Shown piece after piece: positions 51,124 to 61,916 of a stretch of 64,000 nucleotides of DNA. The stretch spans positions 27,250 to 91,249 of the forward strand of contig CAVQIK010000002.1 of the NCBI GenBank assembly GCA_963712535.1. The letters run 5' to 3'. Each line of letters starts with the position of its first letter. Position 1 is the stretch's first letter. The position numbers and the translations under genes are program-made. Below the pieces are notes generated by a model that saw only the letters and a program-made list of their open reading frames with translations, was not told the origin of the DNA and ran no database searches. Source of the stretch: an uncultured delta proteobacterium. GTDB lineage: Bacteria; Desulfobacterota; SM23-61.

Positions 51124-52078
51124 TCATCTATAATGTCCCGTGTAGAAGGGGAGCCCCGTATCGTCTAGACCGCAAGTTATTTTCCCGGACAGAATATCAC
51201 CGGCGGCCGGGCAGAGCCAGAATTTTTCGGGTCTCCTCCACCTGGCTACTTCCCGGTTGAGGCTGCGGATGATGGACACGGCATGGCTCACCAGCTCCGC
51301 ATTGCTCTTGGCGAGGTGGCCTTTTCGAAGGTACAGATTATCTTCAAATCCCACGCGGACGTGCCCGCCGAGCAGGACTCCCATGGCGGCCATCGGGAAT
51401 TGGGTTGCGGCCACCCCGAAGATGGACCAGGTGACGCCGGGCGGCAGCGATTCGGCCATGAACATGGCGTTCCGCGGGAGTGCCCGCCACCCCCATTCTC
51501 GTTCCCATGCAGATCTGAAAATGGGCGTTCTTCTCGACCAAGCCGAGGTTCATCAAGCGCTTGGCGATCTGAATATGGCCGGCGTCAAAGACTTCCAGCT
51601 CCGGCTTGACCCCGGCGCCCTTGATCAGCTCCGCCATTCTGTCAATCACCGCTTCGGGATTGCAGAAGAGGCCCCCGGTCAGGTTGGAGCTGCCCACGTC
51701 GAGCGAGCACATCTCCGGCTTGAGCTTCAGGACATGGTCGACTCTTGCTTCCGGGCCGGCCAGGAAGGACTCCTCGACGCGGGGCTGGTTGTCCGGCCCG
51801 ACGGTCAGTTGCCCCCCCGCGCCGGTGGTCAAGTTGATGATCATGTCGCACTTGGCCCGGAGGCGCTCGACCACCTCGGCGTAAAGCTCAAACCCCATGG
51901 AGCGCCTGCGGGTCTTGGTGTCCCGGACATGGACGTGGACGATGCTGGCCCCTTCGTTATAGCACTCGTAGGCGGCGTCGGCGATCTCCTCGGGAGTGGT
52001 CGGAAGGTTCGGATTCTGCTCTTTGGTCGGACGGGACCCCGTCGTAGCGACGGTGACGATGACTTTGTCCACTATCAA
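51124..52078 (-). CDS. BKACE family (3-keto-5-aminohexanoate cleavage enzyme-like, DUF849); frameshift near 51440-51465
   Basis: VIVTVATTGSRPTKEQNPNLP...IVHVHVRD is in ORF 51344..52078. The C-terminus GGHVRVGFEDNLYLRKGHLAKSNAELV is in ORF 51124..51465. Confidence 0.7.
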
Positions 52079-52526
52079 GCCTCCTTTTTTGAATGGCTTT
52101 GGAAGTCATTCCGGCGAAAGCCGGAATCGAGTAGTAATCAATTAAGGATCATCTCCAATTTAGTTGATCGAATTCTTCTAAAAACCTAACAAGGGTTCGG
52201 AAGGGAAGACCCATTCCGCCACAAGCTTTGGCGGGATAAAGCTTGGGTTACAAGGACCTAATGGCTCTCCGCAATGCGCAGCGGGGGCCTGAACGGGCCT
52301 GCTTCAAAGGACAGAAGAACACCCCCGCCAGAACCAAGAACGGATAGGTGCCTCATGATTGTGGCGGAATGGGTCTTCCCTTCCGAACCCCTGGAATCCC
52401 AGCACAATTTACCAGTCCCGCCGTATTTTCCTTCAACTAAATTGGAGATGATCCTCAATTAAGAACATTCTGGACCCCGGTTTTCACCGGGGCGACGACC
52501 GAAAAGCATTTTTTTCAACCTTGCCT

Positions 52527-53627
52527 TCATACCCTGAATTTCTTCAAAGCCTGCTCATCAATCTCGATCCCCAGGCCCGGCCCTCCGGGTACGGCCAGTT
52601 CCCCGTCCCGGAATTCCGGCGGGTTCCGCAGCAGCTCCCCTTCCATTCGCAGATGGTACGAGACCTCGGCCGGGAAGAGGATGTTGGAAAACGCCACCGC
52701 CGCGTGAAGGCTGGCCGCAGCCCCGATGCTCGAGTCCCCCTGGCTTCCGATCATGCAGGGGATCCCCGCCTGCTGGCAGAGGTAGATAATCTTTCGGGTC
52801 TTGAAAAAACCGGTCCGGGCAACCTTCACCAGGACGATGCCCAGGGCGCCCAGCTCGAGCTCCTGGGCGACGTCCGCGGGAGTGAAGCAGCTCTCATCCC
52901 CCATGAGCGGGATGGAGATCGAGCGGGAGGCTTCCAGACGGTCTTTTCGGTTTCGTACCGGAAAAGGCTCTTCAATGAAGGCCAATCCCTGTTTTTCAAG
53001 CTCCCGGATGAAGGCCACCGTCTTTTTCAGCGATTTGAACCCCTGGTTGGCGTCGATGTAAAGAAGGGTATCGCTCCCCGCCGAACTGCGGATGGCCAAA
53101 AACCTTTCCCGGTCCTCCGTGAAATCCACGCCGCCCTTGATCTTGAAGGCCCTGATCCCCATTCCCAGGAATTTTTCAACCTCCTTCGCCATCTTTTCCG
53201 GGGGATTGATTCCCACCATCCACGAGAGGGGGACCCGGTCCCGGCTTTTTCCGCCCAGCAGCCTGCAGACCGGGAGGTTCAAAGATTTTCCCATGATGTC
53301 GTGGAGGGCGATGTCCACGGCCCCCTTGGCGCAGTTGTTGTAAGGGATCCGGTCGAGGATTGCGTGAATGTCCTCGAGGGAAAACGGGTCCTTCCCCACG
53401 ATCCCGGGGCCCAGGTGTTGGTCGACCACGGCCACGATCGATTTTTGGGTCTCGCCGTAGATCTGCGGTCGGGCGGGGGCTTCGGCGATCCCCTCCACCC
53501 CGCCGTCGGTGAAGATGCGGATCAGCACGTGGTCCGCCGCGCCCGAACTCCGGTAGGCAAATTTCAGGTGGAAATCCGGGTTGAACGGGATGCGAAAGGG
53601 GATTGCTTCTACTCTGGTGATCTTCAT
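52527..53627 (-). CDS. enolase-superfamily enzyme (MR/MLE family; muconate cycloisomerase/dipeptide epimerase-like)
   Basis: MKITRVEAIPFRIP..., KIKGG, IDANQG and LAFIEEP ligand blocks. The start is at the internal Met with RBS ggagg. Confidence 0.8.
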   Translation of the reverse strand: MKITRVEAIPFRIPFNPDFHLKFAYRSSGAADHVLIRIFTDGGVEGIAEAPARPQIYGETQKSIVAVVDQHLGPGIVGKDPFSLEDIHAILDRIPYNNCAKGAVDIALHDIMGKSLNLPVCRLLGGKSRDRVPLSWMVGINPPEKMAKEVEKFLGMGIRAFKIKGGVDFTEDRERFLAIRSSAGSDTLLYIDANQGFKSLKKTVAFIRELEKQGLAFIEEPFPVRNRKDRLEASRSISIPLMGDESCFTPADVAQELELGALGIVLVKVARTGFFKTRKIIYLCQQAGIPCMIGSQGDSSIGAAASLHAAVAFSNILFPAEVSYHLRMEGELLRNPPEFRDGELAVPGGPGLGIEIDEQALKKFRV

Positions 53628-53641
53628 GCTTCCTCCCAGGC

Positions 53642-54793
53642 TCAAAAGGGATCGCGAATCAGGGTTTGGCCGTCTTTTCGAGCCCATTTTCCCTTGAGCA
53701 TGAGGCCGTCCAGCTCAAACGGCTCCTTCAGGATCATCAAATCGGCGTGCTTTCCCGGCTCCACCCGGCCTTTAATTCCCCCCAAGCCCAGGGACCTTGC
53801 CGGGTTCTCCGTTACCAGGCGGGCCACCCGGGAACGGTCGATTTCGCCCTCCAGCCAAAGCTCCCGGGTTACCTGGAAGATCGTCTCCACGGGAAGGTAT
53901 TTGACCCGCTTGTCCGGAAGCACGCGGGTCGCGTTGCTGTCGGAGCTCATGGTCACCCGGTCGAAGGGGATCCCCGCCCGGCCCAGCCTCCGCAGGGACT
54001 CCGCGGCGGTCAGGCTCCCGGGGCGCTCGGCCGGCGTATAGGACGCAGTCAGATCGATAGACCCGCCGGCCCGGGCGTAATCCATGAACTCTTCGAGCGT
54101 ATCGGCGGACCGGTTCACATGGGTAAAGATCACCCGGGACAAGGGGACCTTCATCTCTCCCAGGATCTCCAGCATCGGCTTTTTCCAGGATTTCCCCTGG
54201 ATCCCCGTGTGAATCTGCAGGAACCCCGCTTTGCCGCCCAGGTGTCCCCCTCGTATACATTCAGCCAACAGATTCCGGATGTCCCGCTTCTCCGGCCAAT
54301 TGGCAAGCGTCTCTCCGAGAGCCAGCTTGACCCCGATCACCTTGTCGATGAAAACAAGATCTTCTTCCACCGATCCGGTGAGGGTGAGGGAAGGCAGACT
54401 GAAAGATCCCGTCATCATGAAGGCCGTCATCCCCAGTTCCTCCAGAGCCCGGGTTTTCAGCAGGAGGGTTTCGAGCCTCCGGGAGGTCCTGTCGAACCCG
54501 AGGCAGCCGACCGCGGTCGTGACCCCCGCTTCGATGATTTTTTCTACGGCGATCTCTTTGGCCATCGAATTGAGGCCGGCCGAACCGCCTCCACCGATGA
54601 AGTGCACGTGAGGATCGACTATGCCCGGCAGGACCAGCTTTTCCTCCGCGTCATACGTCTCTACCGGAAAAGGAAGAGAGGCGGCGGAGAACCGGTCTTC
54701 CACGGAAAAGATTTTCTCGCCTACGATGAGAATATCCTTTCGCCCGAGGTCGTCGGGAGAATAGACCCTCCCGTTCTTTATGATTTTGAACAT
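53642..54793 (-). CDS. amidohydrolase, isoaspartyl dipeptidase IadA-like
   Basis: LVLPGIVDPHVHFIGGGGSAG and AGVTTAVGCLG...LTGSVEEDLVFIDKVIGVK closely parallel IadA. Confidence 0.75.
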   Translation of the reverse strand: MFKIIKNGRVYSPDDLGRKDILIVGEKIFSVEDRFSAASLPFPVETYDAEEKLVLPGIVDPHVHFIGGGGSAGLNSMAKEIAVEKIIEAGVTTAVGCLGFDRTSRRLETLLLKTRALEELGMTAFMMTGSFSLPSLTLTGSVEEDLVFIDKVIGVKLALGETLANWPEKRDIRNLLAECIRGGHLGGKAGFLQIHTGIQGKSWKKPMLEILGEMKVPLSRVIFTHVNRSADTLEEFMDYARAGGSIDLTASYTPAERPGSLTAAESLRRLGRAGIPFDRVTMSSDSNATRVLPDKRVKYLPVETIFQVTRELWLEGEIDRSRVARLVTENPARSLGLGGIKGRVEPGKHADLMILKEPFELDGLMLKGKWARKDGQTLIRDPF

Positions 54794-54806
54794 CGCTCCC
54801 CCGTGT

Positions 54807-55739
54807 TCAGGTTTTTTTCAGCGGCCCGGTTTTTCCGCTCTTAGCTTTTCGGACCTTCACCCCCGCGCCGGCCTCATAAAACTGGACGACCGTTGACGGG
54901 CTTTCCTCCCCGTGCCCCTGGAGGCGCATGAAGTTGTACACCTGTTTCGCGAGGTTCCCCAGAAGGAGGTTTACGCTCAGCTCATCCGCAAAATCCGTGA
55001 TGAGCTTGAGGGTCTTGCAGGCCAGGTTGAGGCTGCTTTCCCGTCCTTCAAAGTTTCCTTCCAGGATGTCCGGCGCGACGCTGCTCACGGCGTAACTCCC
55101 CCCCGTGCTGCGGGAGATCGCCTGACACATCGTTTCCGGGTCAATCCCCGCCTTGGCCCCCAGGACGAGCCCCTCGCACATCGCCAGGCGGTTCAGGTTG
55201 TAGAGGAGATTGTTGACCAGCTTTAAAGCCTGCCCCGCCCCGTGAGGGCCGGCGTGATAAATGTTCTTTCCCAGCTTTTCAAAGATCGGCTCCTTCGCCC
55301 GGAGGAAGGCTTCCCTCTTCCCCCCAACCATGATCGTGAGAGTGGCGTTTTTGGCTCCGACTACATGTCCGCTCACCGGTGCATCGAGAAAATCGCATCC
55401 CTTTTCAGCCAGGTTCCCGGCGATCTCCTTGGTGGTCCGGGGCAAAGTCGTGCTCATGTCGATGACGATCGATCCCCGGTTCAACCTCGGCAGGAGTCCC
55501 CTTTCCCCGAGGATGGTCTCTTCCACGATCTCGTTCTTCGGGAGGGAGGTGATGATGAATTCGGCCCCGGAGGCGATCTCCGAGGGTGTGGCGAAGACCG
55601 CTCCCTGGGAGATTAAATTTTCAGCCGCCTTCGCGTCAACATCATACACCCAGACTCGATGCCCTGCTTTCAGCAGATTGAGGGAGAAGGCGTTGCCCAT
55701 CCTTCCCGTCCCGATCACCCCGACTTTCTTCCGCTCCAT
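54807..55739 (-). CDS. NAD(P)-dependent 3-hydroxyacid dehydrogenase (HIBADH/tartronate-semialdehyde reductase family)
   Basis: GVIGTGRMG Rossmann motif, with a catalytic-lysine region typical of the HIBADH/6PGDH family. The start is at the internal Met. Confidence 0.8.
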   Translation of the reverse strand: MERKKVGVIGTGRMGNAFSLNLLKAGHRVWVYDVDAKAAENLISQGAVFATPSEIASGAEFIITSLPKNEIVEETILGERGLLPRLNRGSIVIDMSTTLPRTTKEIAGNLAEKGCDFLDAPVSGHVVGAKNATLTIMVGGKREAFLRAKEPIFEKLGKNIYHAGPHGAGQALKLVNNLLYNLNRLAMCEGLVLGAKAGIDPETMCQAISRSTGGSYAVSSVAPDILEGNFEGRESSLNLACKTLKLITDFADELSVNLLLGNLAKQVYNFMRLQGHGEESPSTVVQFYEAGAGVKVRKAKSGKTGPLKKT

Positions 55740-55775
55740 TTTTCCCCCTCTTCCACCCAAATCTAATGCAAACGA

Positions 55776-56027
55776 AACAAATAAATTTACCTAAATGATG
55801 CAAAAATTCCCCCCTTTAGAAAAGGGGGGAAAGGGGGGATTTTCTTGGAGAGCCTGGGTCAGAAATCCCCCCCGCCCCCATTTAATAAAGGGGGGGCCAA
55901 ATGTCACCAGCGGTGAATTCCTGCAAGAATTTCGGAACGCTTTTTGACCCAATGAAACCGGGACTGCGGAAGCACTTGCAAGGAATATTTTTGCACTTGT
56001 TGAGTTTACATACAAACGCAGGGTGCG
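55776..56027. repeat. composite repeat copy B (inverted relative to 21491..21732), ending about 35 bp before the HIBADH-like start codon
   Basis: The reverse complement is near-identical to 21491..21732, including both REP units (55803..55844 and 55863..55897). Confidence 0.6.
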
Positions 56028-56116
56028 TTCCCCGAACGCACCGTTCGAAGACTGATCGGGGATCAGGCCCTAGAAAATTTTCACCCAACAAAATATGTTT
56101 GTATTCGTTTGACTCC

Positions 56117-56572
56117 TCATATTCCCAGAAATCCCCGGGGCAGCTCCACCTTCAGCCAGGTCTCAAAGATCAGGTAGGCTCCCAGGGCCGAGAAGAGAGC
56201 CCCGGCGATCACGGTCCTCCACCGCTGCGGCTCGATGACCCGGAACAGGAACCCCATGGAAAAAAAGCTCGTCAGGAGAAAACCCAGGGGCTCCAGGAGG
56301 AGCCCATAAAAGAAGATGCAGGCCAGGGTCAGGAAGACCTTCGGCCAGCGGCCGCGGTCGGCCCAGAAGGCTTTCGCCCCGTCTCCCTTTCTCCGGAACG
56401 TCTTCACCAGGACGGCGAAAGCCAGCGCGCCCAGGATCAGGCCGGTCCCGAAGGGGAGGAACCCGGGGCCCGGGTTGCGGAACTCCCCCACCTTCATCCG
56501 CCAGGATTCCTCGCAGATGAGTACCCCCACGATGAGCCAGAAGACAGAGCCGATGAAATCCAGCTTTTTCAT
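56117..56572 (-). CDS. tctB: tripartite tricarboxylate transporter TctB
   Basis: 151-aa four-TM protein adjacent to tctC and tctA. Confidence 0.8.
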   Translation of the reverse strand: MKKLDFIGSVFWLIVGVLICEESWRMKVGEFRNPGPGFLPFGTGLILGALAFAVLVKTFRRKGDGAKAFWADRGRWPKVFLTLACIFFYGLLLEPLGFLLTSFFSMGFLFRVIEPQRWRTVIAGALFSALGAYLIFETWLKVELPRGFLGI

Positions 56573-56614
56573 TTTCCCATCCCGTGTTCCCTTTTCACTG
56601 GGCAGATGGAGACC

Positions 56615-57604
56615 CTATTTCACCTCGAGGCCCGCCTCCTTGGCAATCCGAGTGTAGAGCTTTTGATTTTCCTGCACAATTCTGTCCATCTCTTCCGGGG
56701 AGGTCAGGAAAGGGATCATGCCGATCTTCTCGATGATGGGCTGCATCTTGTTCTCGTCAAAGGCCTTCTTCTGGGCTCCGTAGAGTCTCTGGATGACCTC
56801 TTTCGGGGTGCCCTTGGGAGCCAGCATACCGAACCAGATGATCATTTCCACGTTGTATCCCAGTTCTTTAAAGGTGGGGACGTCAGGCAGGTACGGGTAC
56901 CGGGTGACGTCCGAGACTGCCAGGGCCCGCAAGGCCCCCGAGGAGAGATGGGGAAGCGTTGGCTGGACCGTCGATTCCACCACCTCCGTGTGGCCGCCGA
57001 GCGTCGCCGTGATGGCCAGGGTGTCGCTGTTGTAGGGGATATGGACCATCTCGATCCCCGCGGCCCGCAAAAAAAGTTCCATGCAGAAGTGGTGGGCGGA
57101 CATGAGCCCGATGGTGGAGAACTTGTATTTTCCCGGGTTCTTCTTGGCGTCGGCCACGAATTCCGCCAGGGTCTTCCAGGGGGCGTCGGCCTTGACCGAG
57201 AAGACGCTGATGGCCTTGGCGAAAGTGCCCACCGAGACAAAGTCGCTCGGCGTGTAGGGGACCTTACGGGTCGCCGGGACCAGGTTCACATGCGAGGTGG
57301 ACCCGGCGAGCAAGGTGTACCCGTCGGGCTTGGCTTTGGCCGCGGCGGCCGTCCCGATCGATCCCACGGCGCCCGGCTTGTGAGAGACGACGATCTTCTG
57401 CCCCAGGTAGTCGGGCAGCACATCCACGACCGCCCGGTAGGCGAAATCGATCCCCCCTCCCGGAGCGTAGGGGTTGATCAGGGTGATCATCTTGTTCGGG
57501 TAATCCTTCTCGGAGGCCCCCGCCTGCCCGACGCCCAGCGCCAGGAACAGGAGGGCGCCCAGGACGACGCAACCCGAAGTCTGGAACCTCTGCGGAATGG
57601 CCAT
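56615..57604 (-). CDS. tctC: tripartite tricarboxylate transporter substrate-binding protein TctC
   Basis: Signal peptide and Bug/TctC family blocks. Confidence 0.85.
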   Translation of the reverse strand: MAIPQRFQTSGCVVLGALLFLALGVGQAGASEKDYPNKMITLINPYAPGGGIDFAYRAVVDVLPDYLGQKIVVSHKPGAVGSIGTAAAAKAKPDGYTLLAGSTSHVNLVPATRKVPYTPSDFVSVGTFAKAISVFSVKADAPWKTLAEFVADAKKNPGKYKFSTIGLMSAHHFCMELFLRAAGIEMVHIPYNSDTLAITATLGGHTEVVESTVQPTLPHLSSGALRALAVSDVTRYPYLPDVPTFKELGYNVEMIIWFGMLAPKGTPKEVIQRLYGAQKKAFDENKMQPIIEKIGMIPFLTSPEEMDRIVQENQKLYTRIAKEAGLEVK

Positions 57605-57783
57605 AAAAAGTCTCCTTTCTTTTTCCCCGGGATTTTTAAGGGGGAGCGTTATTGATGGTTTTTTGAAGTCGTCTCTTCGGTAGCTGTCTGAAAAATCATC
57701 CCGAAATTGTTATGTAGGGCCTGATCCCCGATCAGGCCATTAAAGGTGCGTTCGGGGAACGCACCCTGCTGTTACCTGATCCT

Positions 57784-59283
57784 TTATTCTCTCAGCCCCT
57801 CCGCGGGCCGTCGCTTGAGCCAGGGCGTGAAATTGGAAAGCAGGAGCAGGGCGGCCGCGCCCGTCAAAACCAGAGATATGGGCCTCTGGAAAAAAATGAG
57901 GAAACTTCCGTGGGACATGAGCAGGGACTGGCGGAAAGCGTCCTCGATCATGGGGCTGAGGACCAGCGCCAGGACCAGCGGGGCCGCATCGTACTCGAAT
58001 TTTTTCATCAGATATCCCAGGAGGCCGAAGACGGCCATGACATAAATGTCGGCCGTCGTGTTATTCAGGCTGAAGACCCCGATCAGGCAGAAGAGGATGA
58101 TCAGGGGGAAGAGGAGCGGATAGGGAAGCTTCAGGATTTTCACCCACAGCCCGATGAGCGGAAGGTTCAGAACCAGCAGCATGGCATTTCCGACATACAT
58201 GCTGCTGATGATCCCCCAGAAGAGGTCCGGGTGCTCCTTGACGAAGAAAGGGCCCGGCCTCACCCCCTGGACGAGCAGGGCCCCCAGGAGCAGGGCCATG
58301 ATGGCGTTGGAAGGGATTCCCATGGTGAGGAGGGGAACGAAAGCCCCGCCGGTGGCGGCGTTGTTGGCGGCCTCCGGGCCGGCCACCCCTTCGATCATCC
58401 CGGTTCCGAATTTCTCCGGGGTGCGGGAAAACTTCTTCTCCATCGCGTAGGAGGCGAAAGAGGAGATGATCGCCCCGCCGCCGGGCAGAATCCCCAGGAG
58501 GAAACCCAGGATCGAGCCGCGCAGAATGGGCAGAATGGACCTGGCCCAATCCCGCGGGCCGGGAAGAAGGCTGGAGATGTGGGTCTTGAAGACCTCCCGG
58601 GTCAACGACTGCTCGATGTTGAGCAAAACCTCGGCGACCCCAAAAAGGCCCATGACCACGGGGACCAGTCCCACTCCGTCCGAGAGAACGTCCACGCTGT
58701 AGGTGAAACGCAATGTCCCCACCATGCGGTCCTGGCCGATCGTGCCGATGAAAAGCCCCAGGGCGGCCATCATCCAGGCCTTGACCATGGACCCGCTGGA
58801 GAGGTAGGAAAGGATCATGAGTCCCAGGAGCATCAGGGCGAAATACTCCGGCGGGCCGAATTTCAAGGCCATTCGGGCCAGCGGCGGCGCGACCAGCATC
58901 AAAGCAACGATGCTGAACGTCCCGGCGATGAACGACCCGAAGGCGGCGATCCCCAGGGCCGGGCCGGCCCTCCCCTGCCGGGCCATCTGGTAGCCGTCCA
59001 GGCAGGTGACGACCGACGCGGATTCCCCGGGGATGTTGACCAGGATCGAGGTGGTGGAGCCGCCGTACATGGCGCCGTAGTAGATCCCCGCCAGCATGAT
59101 GATGCCGGTCAGGGGGGAAAGCTTGTAGGTGGTCGGGAGAAGGAGGGAGATGGCCGCCGCCGGCCCCAGCCCCGGAAGAACCCCGACGAGGGTCCCGATG
59201 AGCACCCCCAGGAAGCAGGCGAAAAGGTTCGGAAGCTGCAAGAGAACGGAAAAGCCCAGGACTAGACTGTGCAGAAGCTCCAT
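57784..59283 (-). CDS. tctA: tripartite tricarboxylate transporter large permease TctA
   Basis: 499-aa polytopic TctA. Confidence 0.9.
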   Translation of the reverse strand: MELLHSLVLGFSVLLQLPNLFACFLGVLIGTLVGVLPGLGPAAAISLLLPTTYKLSPLTGIIMLAGIYYGAMYGGSTTSILVNIPGESASVVTCLDGYQMARQGRAGPALGIAAFGSFIAGTFSIVALMLVAPPLARMALKFGPPEYFALMLLGLMILSYLSSGSMVKAWMMAALGLFIGTIGQDRMVGTLRFTYSVDVLSDGVGLVPVVMGLFGVAEVLLNIEQSLTREVFKTHISSLLPGPRDWARSILPILRGSILGFLLGILPGGGAIISSFASYAMEKKFSRTPEKFGTGMIEGVAGPEAANNAATGGAFVPLLTMGIPSNAIMALLLGALLVQGVRPGPFFVKEHPDLFWGIISSMYVGNAMLLVLNLPLIGLWVKILKLPYPLLFPLIILFCLIGVFSLNNTTADIYVMAVFGLLGYLMKKFEYDAAPLVLALVLSPMIEDAFRQSLLMSHGSFLIFFQRPISLVLTGAAALLLLSNFTPWLKRRPAEGLRE

Positions 59284-59325
59284 GAAAAGTTCCGATCCGC
59301 TCTTCTTTCCCCACGGGGCCCAGGG

Positions 59326-61213
59326 TCAAATTTCCATGGCCGCGGCAAAGCCTTCCTGGACGGCCGCGGCGATGTCCCTCACCCTCACGCAATCCCCGAC
59401 GGCATAAAAGGGCAGGCCGCAGGACCGAAAATCATCGCAGCTCCGGTCGGCGGCGGCTCCCATGGCCGCCACGATTCCTTCGGTCTCCACTTTCCTTGCT
59501 CTCCCCTCCCTGGCGAAGGACGGCAACGTCACCCTCGAGGGAGAGCACTTCGGCCTCCGTGATCATTCGGACGGAAAGGCGGTCCAGCCTCTCCAGGAGC
59601 AGCCGGCGGGTGGATCCATCCATTCCGGGGGCGATCTCGGGCAGCTTTTCGACGATGGTGACCCTCTTTCCCCTGGCGGCAAGGTACTCCGCCACCTCGC
59701 ACCCCACCATTCCTCCCCCGATGACCAGGATCTTTTTTCCCATCGGCCGATTCTGTCCCAGGGCCTCCTCGGGGGTAAAAAGCGCTTCCCCCCGCATGCC
59801 GGGAATTTCCGGAATCAGGGGGCGGGCGCCCGCAGCCAGGAGGATCGCCTCGGGCTTCTCCTGCTCCACGGTATCCGCCGTGGCCTCCGTTCCCAAACAG
59901 GTTCTCACCTTCAACGCCTCCAGCTGGAAGACCAGATAATCAAGGAGGTTTTGCAGCTCTTCTTTGTGGGGCGGGATCACGGCCAGGTTGACCTGGCCCC
60001 CCAATCGGGCTTTTTTTTCATACAGCGTCACCCGATGGCCGCGCAAGGCCATGACCCGGGCCGCTTCCATGCCGGCGGGTCCGCCTCCGATCACCAGGAC
60101 TCTTCTGCTCCGGGGGCTGGGGTGGATTCGGGTGTCCCGCTCTCTCCCCGCCTGGGCATTCACGGCGCACCGCACCGTTCGGTTCATCTGGATAACCCGC
60201 TTCCGGCAATGGTTGCAGGCCAGGCATTTTCGAATCTCCACGAACCTTCCTTCCCGGGCCTTCAGCGGGAGAGCGGGGTCGGCGATCAGAGCCCGGCCCA
60301 TGGCCACCAAGTCGGCCTTCCCCTCTTCCAGGATCTGTTCCGCCAGGAGGGGATCGTTGATCCTGCCGACGGCGATGACCGGAATGCGGACCGCTTTCTT
60401 GATCTCCCCGGCCAGCTCCGCGTGACACCCCCGCGGGACCGCCATCGGGGGAGTATGCCAGTAAGGGGCCGCGGGACTTCCGGCGACCACGTGCAGGGCG
60501 GTGGCTCCGACCTCTTCCAGGCGGCGCGCGATGGCCTTTCCATCCTCCAGGTCGAGCCCGCCATCCGTGTACTGGTGGCCTACCATCCGGAAATTGACCG
60601 GGAAATCCTCCCCGACTTTTTTCCGCACCCGGAGGAGAATTTCGACGGGGAAACTCAGCCGGCCTTCCAAATCCCCGCCATAACGGTCCGTCCGGTGGTT
60701 GGTCAAGGGGGACAGAAATTGGCTGATCAGGTAAACATTGGCTCCGTGGATCTCCACCCCGTCGAACCCGGCCTTCTTTGCCCGCAAGGCCGCCTCCCCA
60801 AAAGCCTCGATGAGGCTGCCAATCTCCTCCTGGCCGAGCTCATCCGGCCCTTTTCCCCGCTGGATGGTGAGGACGCTTCCCCGGTGGTTGAGCTGGAGGA
60901 AAGCCCTCGCTCCCTGTTCCTGAATCGCTTCGGCCAACTCGGCAAGCCCCACTTGGAGCTGGGGGTTCTCGATCCCGAGGCGTCCCATGTCGCGATCCTT
61001 TTCCAGGACATAGGCGGACTCCACGGTGATCAAGCCCACCCCGCCCCTGGCCCTCTCGGCGTAATAATCGATCATCCTCTGGGTCACCGCCCCGGCCTCG
61101 CTGGCCAGAAAGGTGACCATGGGGGGCATGATCAGGCGGTTACGCAATTCCAGCTTTCCGAGATTGAAGGGCTGGAACAAAATGCTCACTTTGGATTCCC
61201 CCCGAAAAAACAT
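59326..61213 (-). CDS. 2,4-dienoyl-CoA reductase-like NADH:flavin oxidoreductase (OYE TIM barrel, 4Fe-4S and FAD/NAD domain); frameshift near 59500-59540
   Basis: OYE N-domain, CLACNHCRKRV...RCAVN cluster and GGGPAG dinucleotide motif. The C-terminus YAVGDCVRVRDIAAAVQEGFAAA is in ORF 59326..59532. Confidence 0.8.
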
Positions 61214-61916
61214 TTTCTCACCTATCGCCTCTCCCCTAAACCGGAACGCGGCGCCCCTTTTTTCTCCGGATATTCTTGAAGCAGCGGACCCTTTGAAGCT
61301 CGATGACCTTCCGGCTTTCCGGGCTCAATCCCATCTTGTCTTTCAAGGATTGGGGCGGGACCACCTTCCGGATGGGGGGAGTTTGGTCTGGACCCTGGAA
61401 ACCTGGCGGGGATCTTTTCTCCCCCGGGAATTCGTTTTTGCGGATCATCCCTTGACAGTTTGTTTGGTCTCAAAAGGCAGGCAACACCGTGTTCACCGGA
61501 GGAAAGACTCTCCCGCCCCTCTCGAGAAGCGCCGGTTCGGGGTTCGGCCTTGTAATGTTGTCTCTACTTATATACAAGTCAGTTTTCTTGTCAATTAAAT
61601 TCTCTGCCTATTTTTCCATTGACAAAACTTCAGGAATCTTTGATTAATGAGTGCGAAGCCCCGAGTGCAACAGCCTGAAGTTCAAGCACGTCCCCTTCAA
61701 GGGAGGGGCGCCAAACCGGCCGCAGATTGAGAAACGTCTGCTGGAAGCCATCCCGGTAGAAGAAATACTTTTCTGAAAATGGGTGCGAAAGAACGTCATT
61801 GAGCAAAGAACGCCTGCGAGTTTCCTTCCCTTCCCCTTTGTTGGCAATCCAGGCGATATCCGGTTAGTTGAAACCCGTCCCGACGATCCGCCCGCTCCGG
61901 GCGCGAAGGAGATCCT

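Noticed and set aside
14897-55897. Possibility that the AAATCCCCCC...GGGGGGATTT repeats form a CRISPR array
   Set aside because: Units are scattered over 40 kb, irregularly spaced, mostly single or in pairs, and internally palindromic. There is no regular repeat-spacer architecture and no cas genes.
55901-57655. 584-aa plus-strand ORF spanning the tctB/tctC region
   Set aside because: Antisense to two well-conserved genes, with a composition-driven Arg/Gly/Pro-rich translation.
59462-61279. 605-aa plus-strand ORF antisense to the FadH-like reductase, and similar long antisense ORFs at 25129..26535, 37178..38173, 44732..45706, 52521..54041 and 57910..59392
   Set aside because: All overlap strongly conserved genes on the opposite strand and show no recognisable motifs. 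They are artefacts of high GC content.
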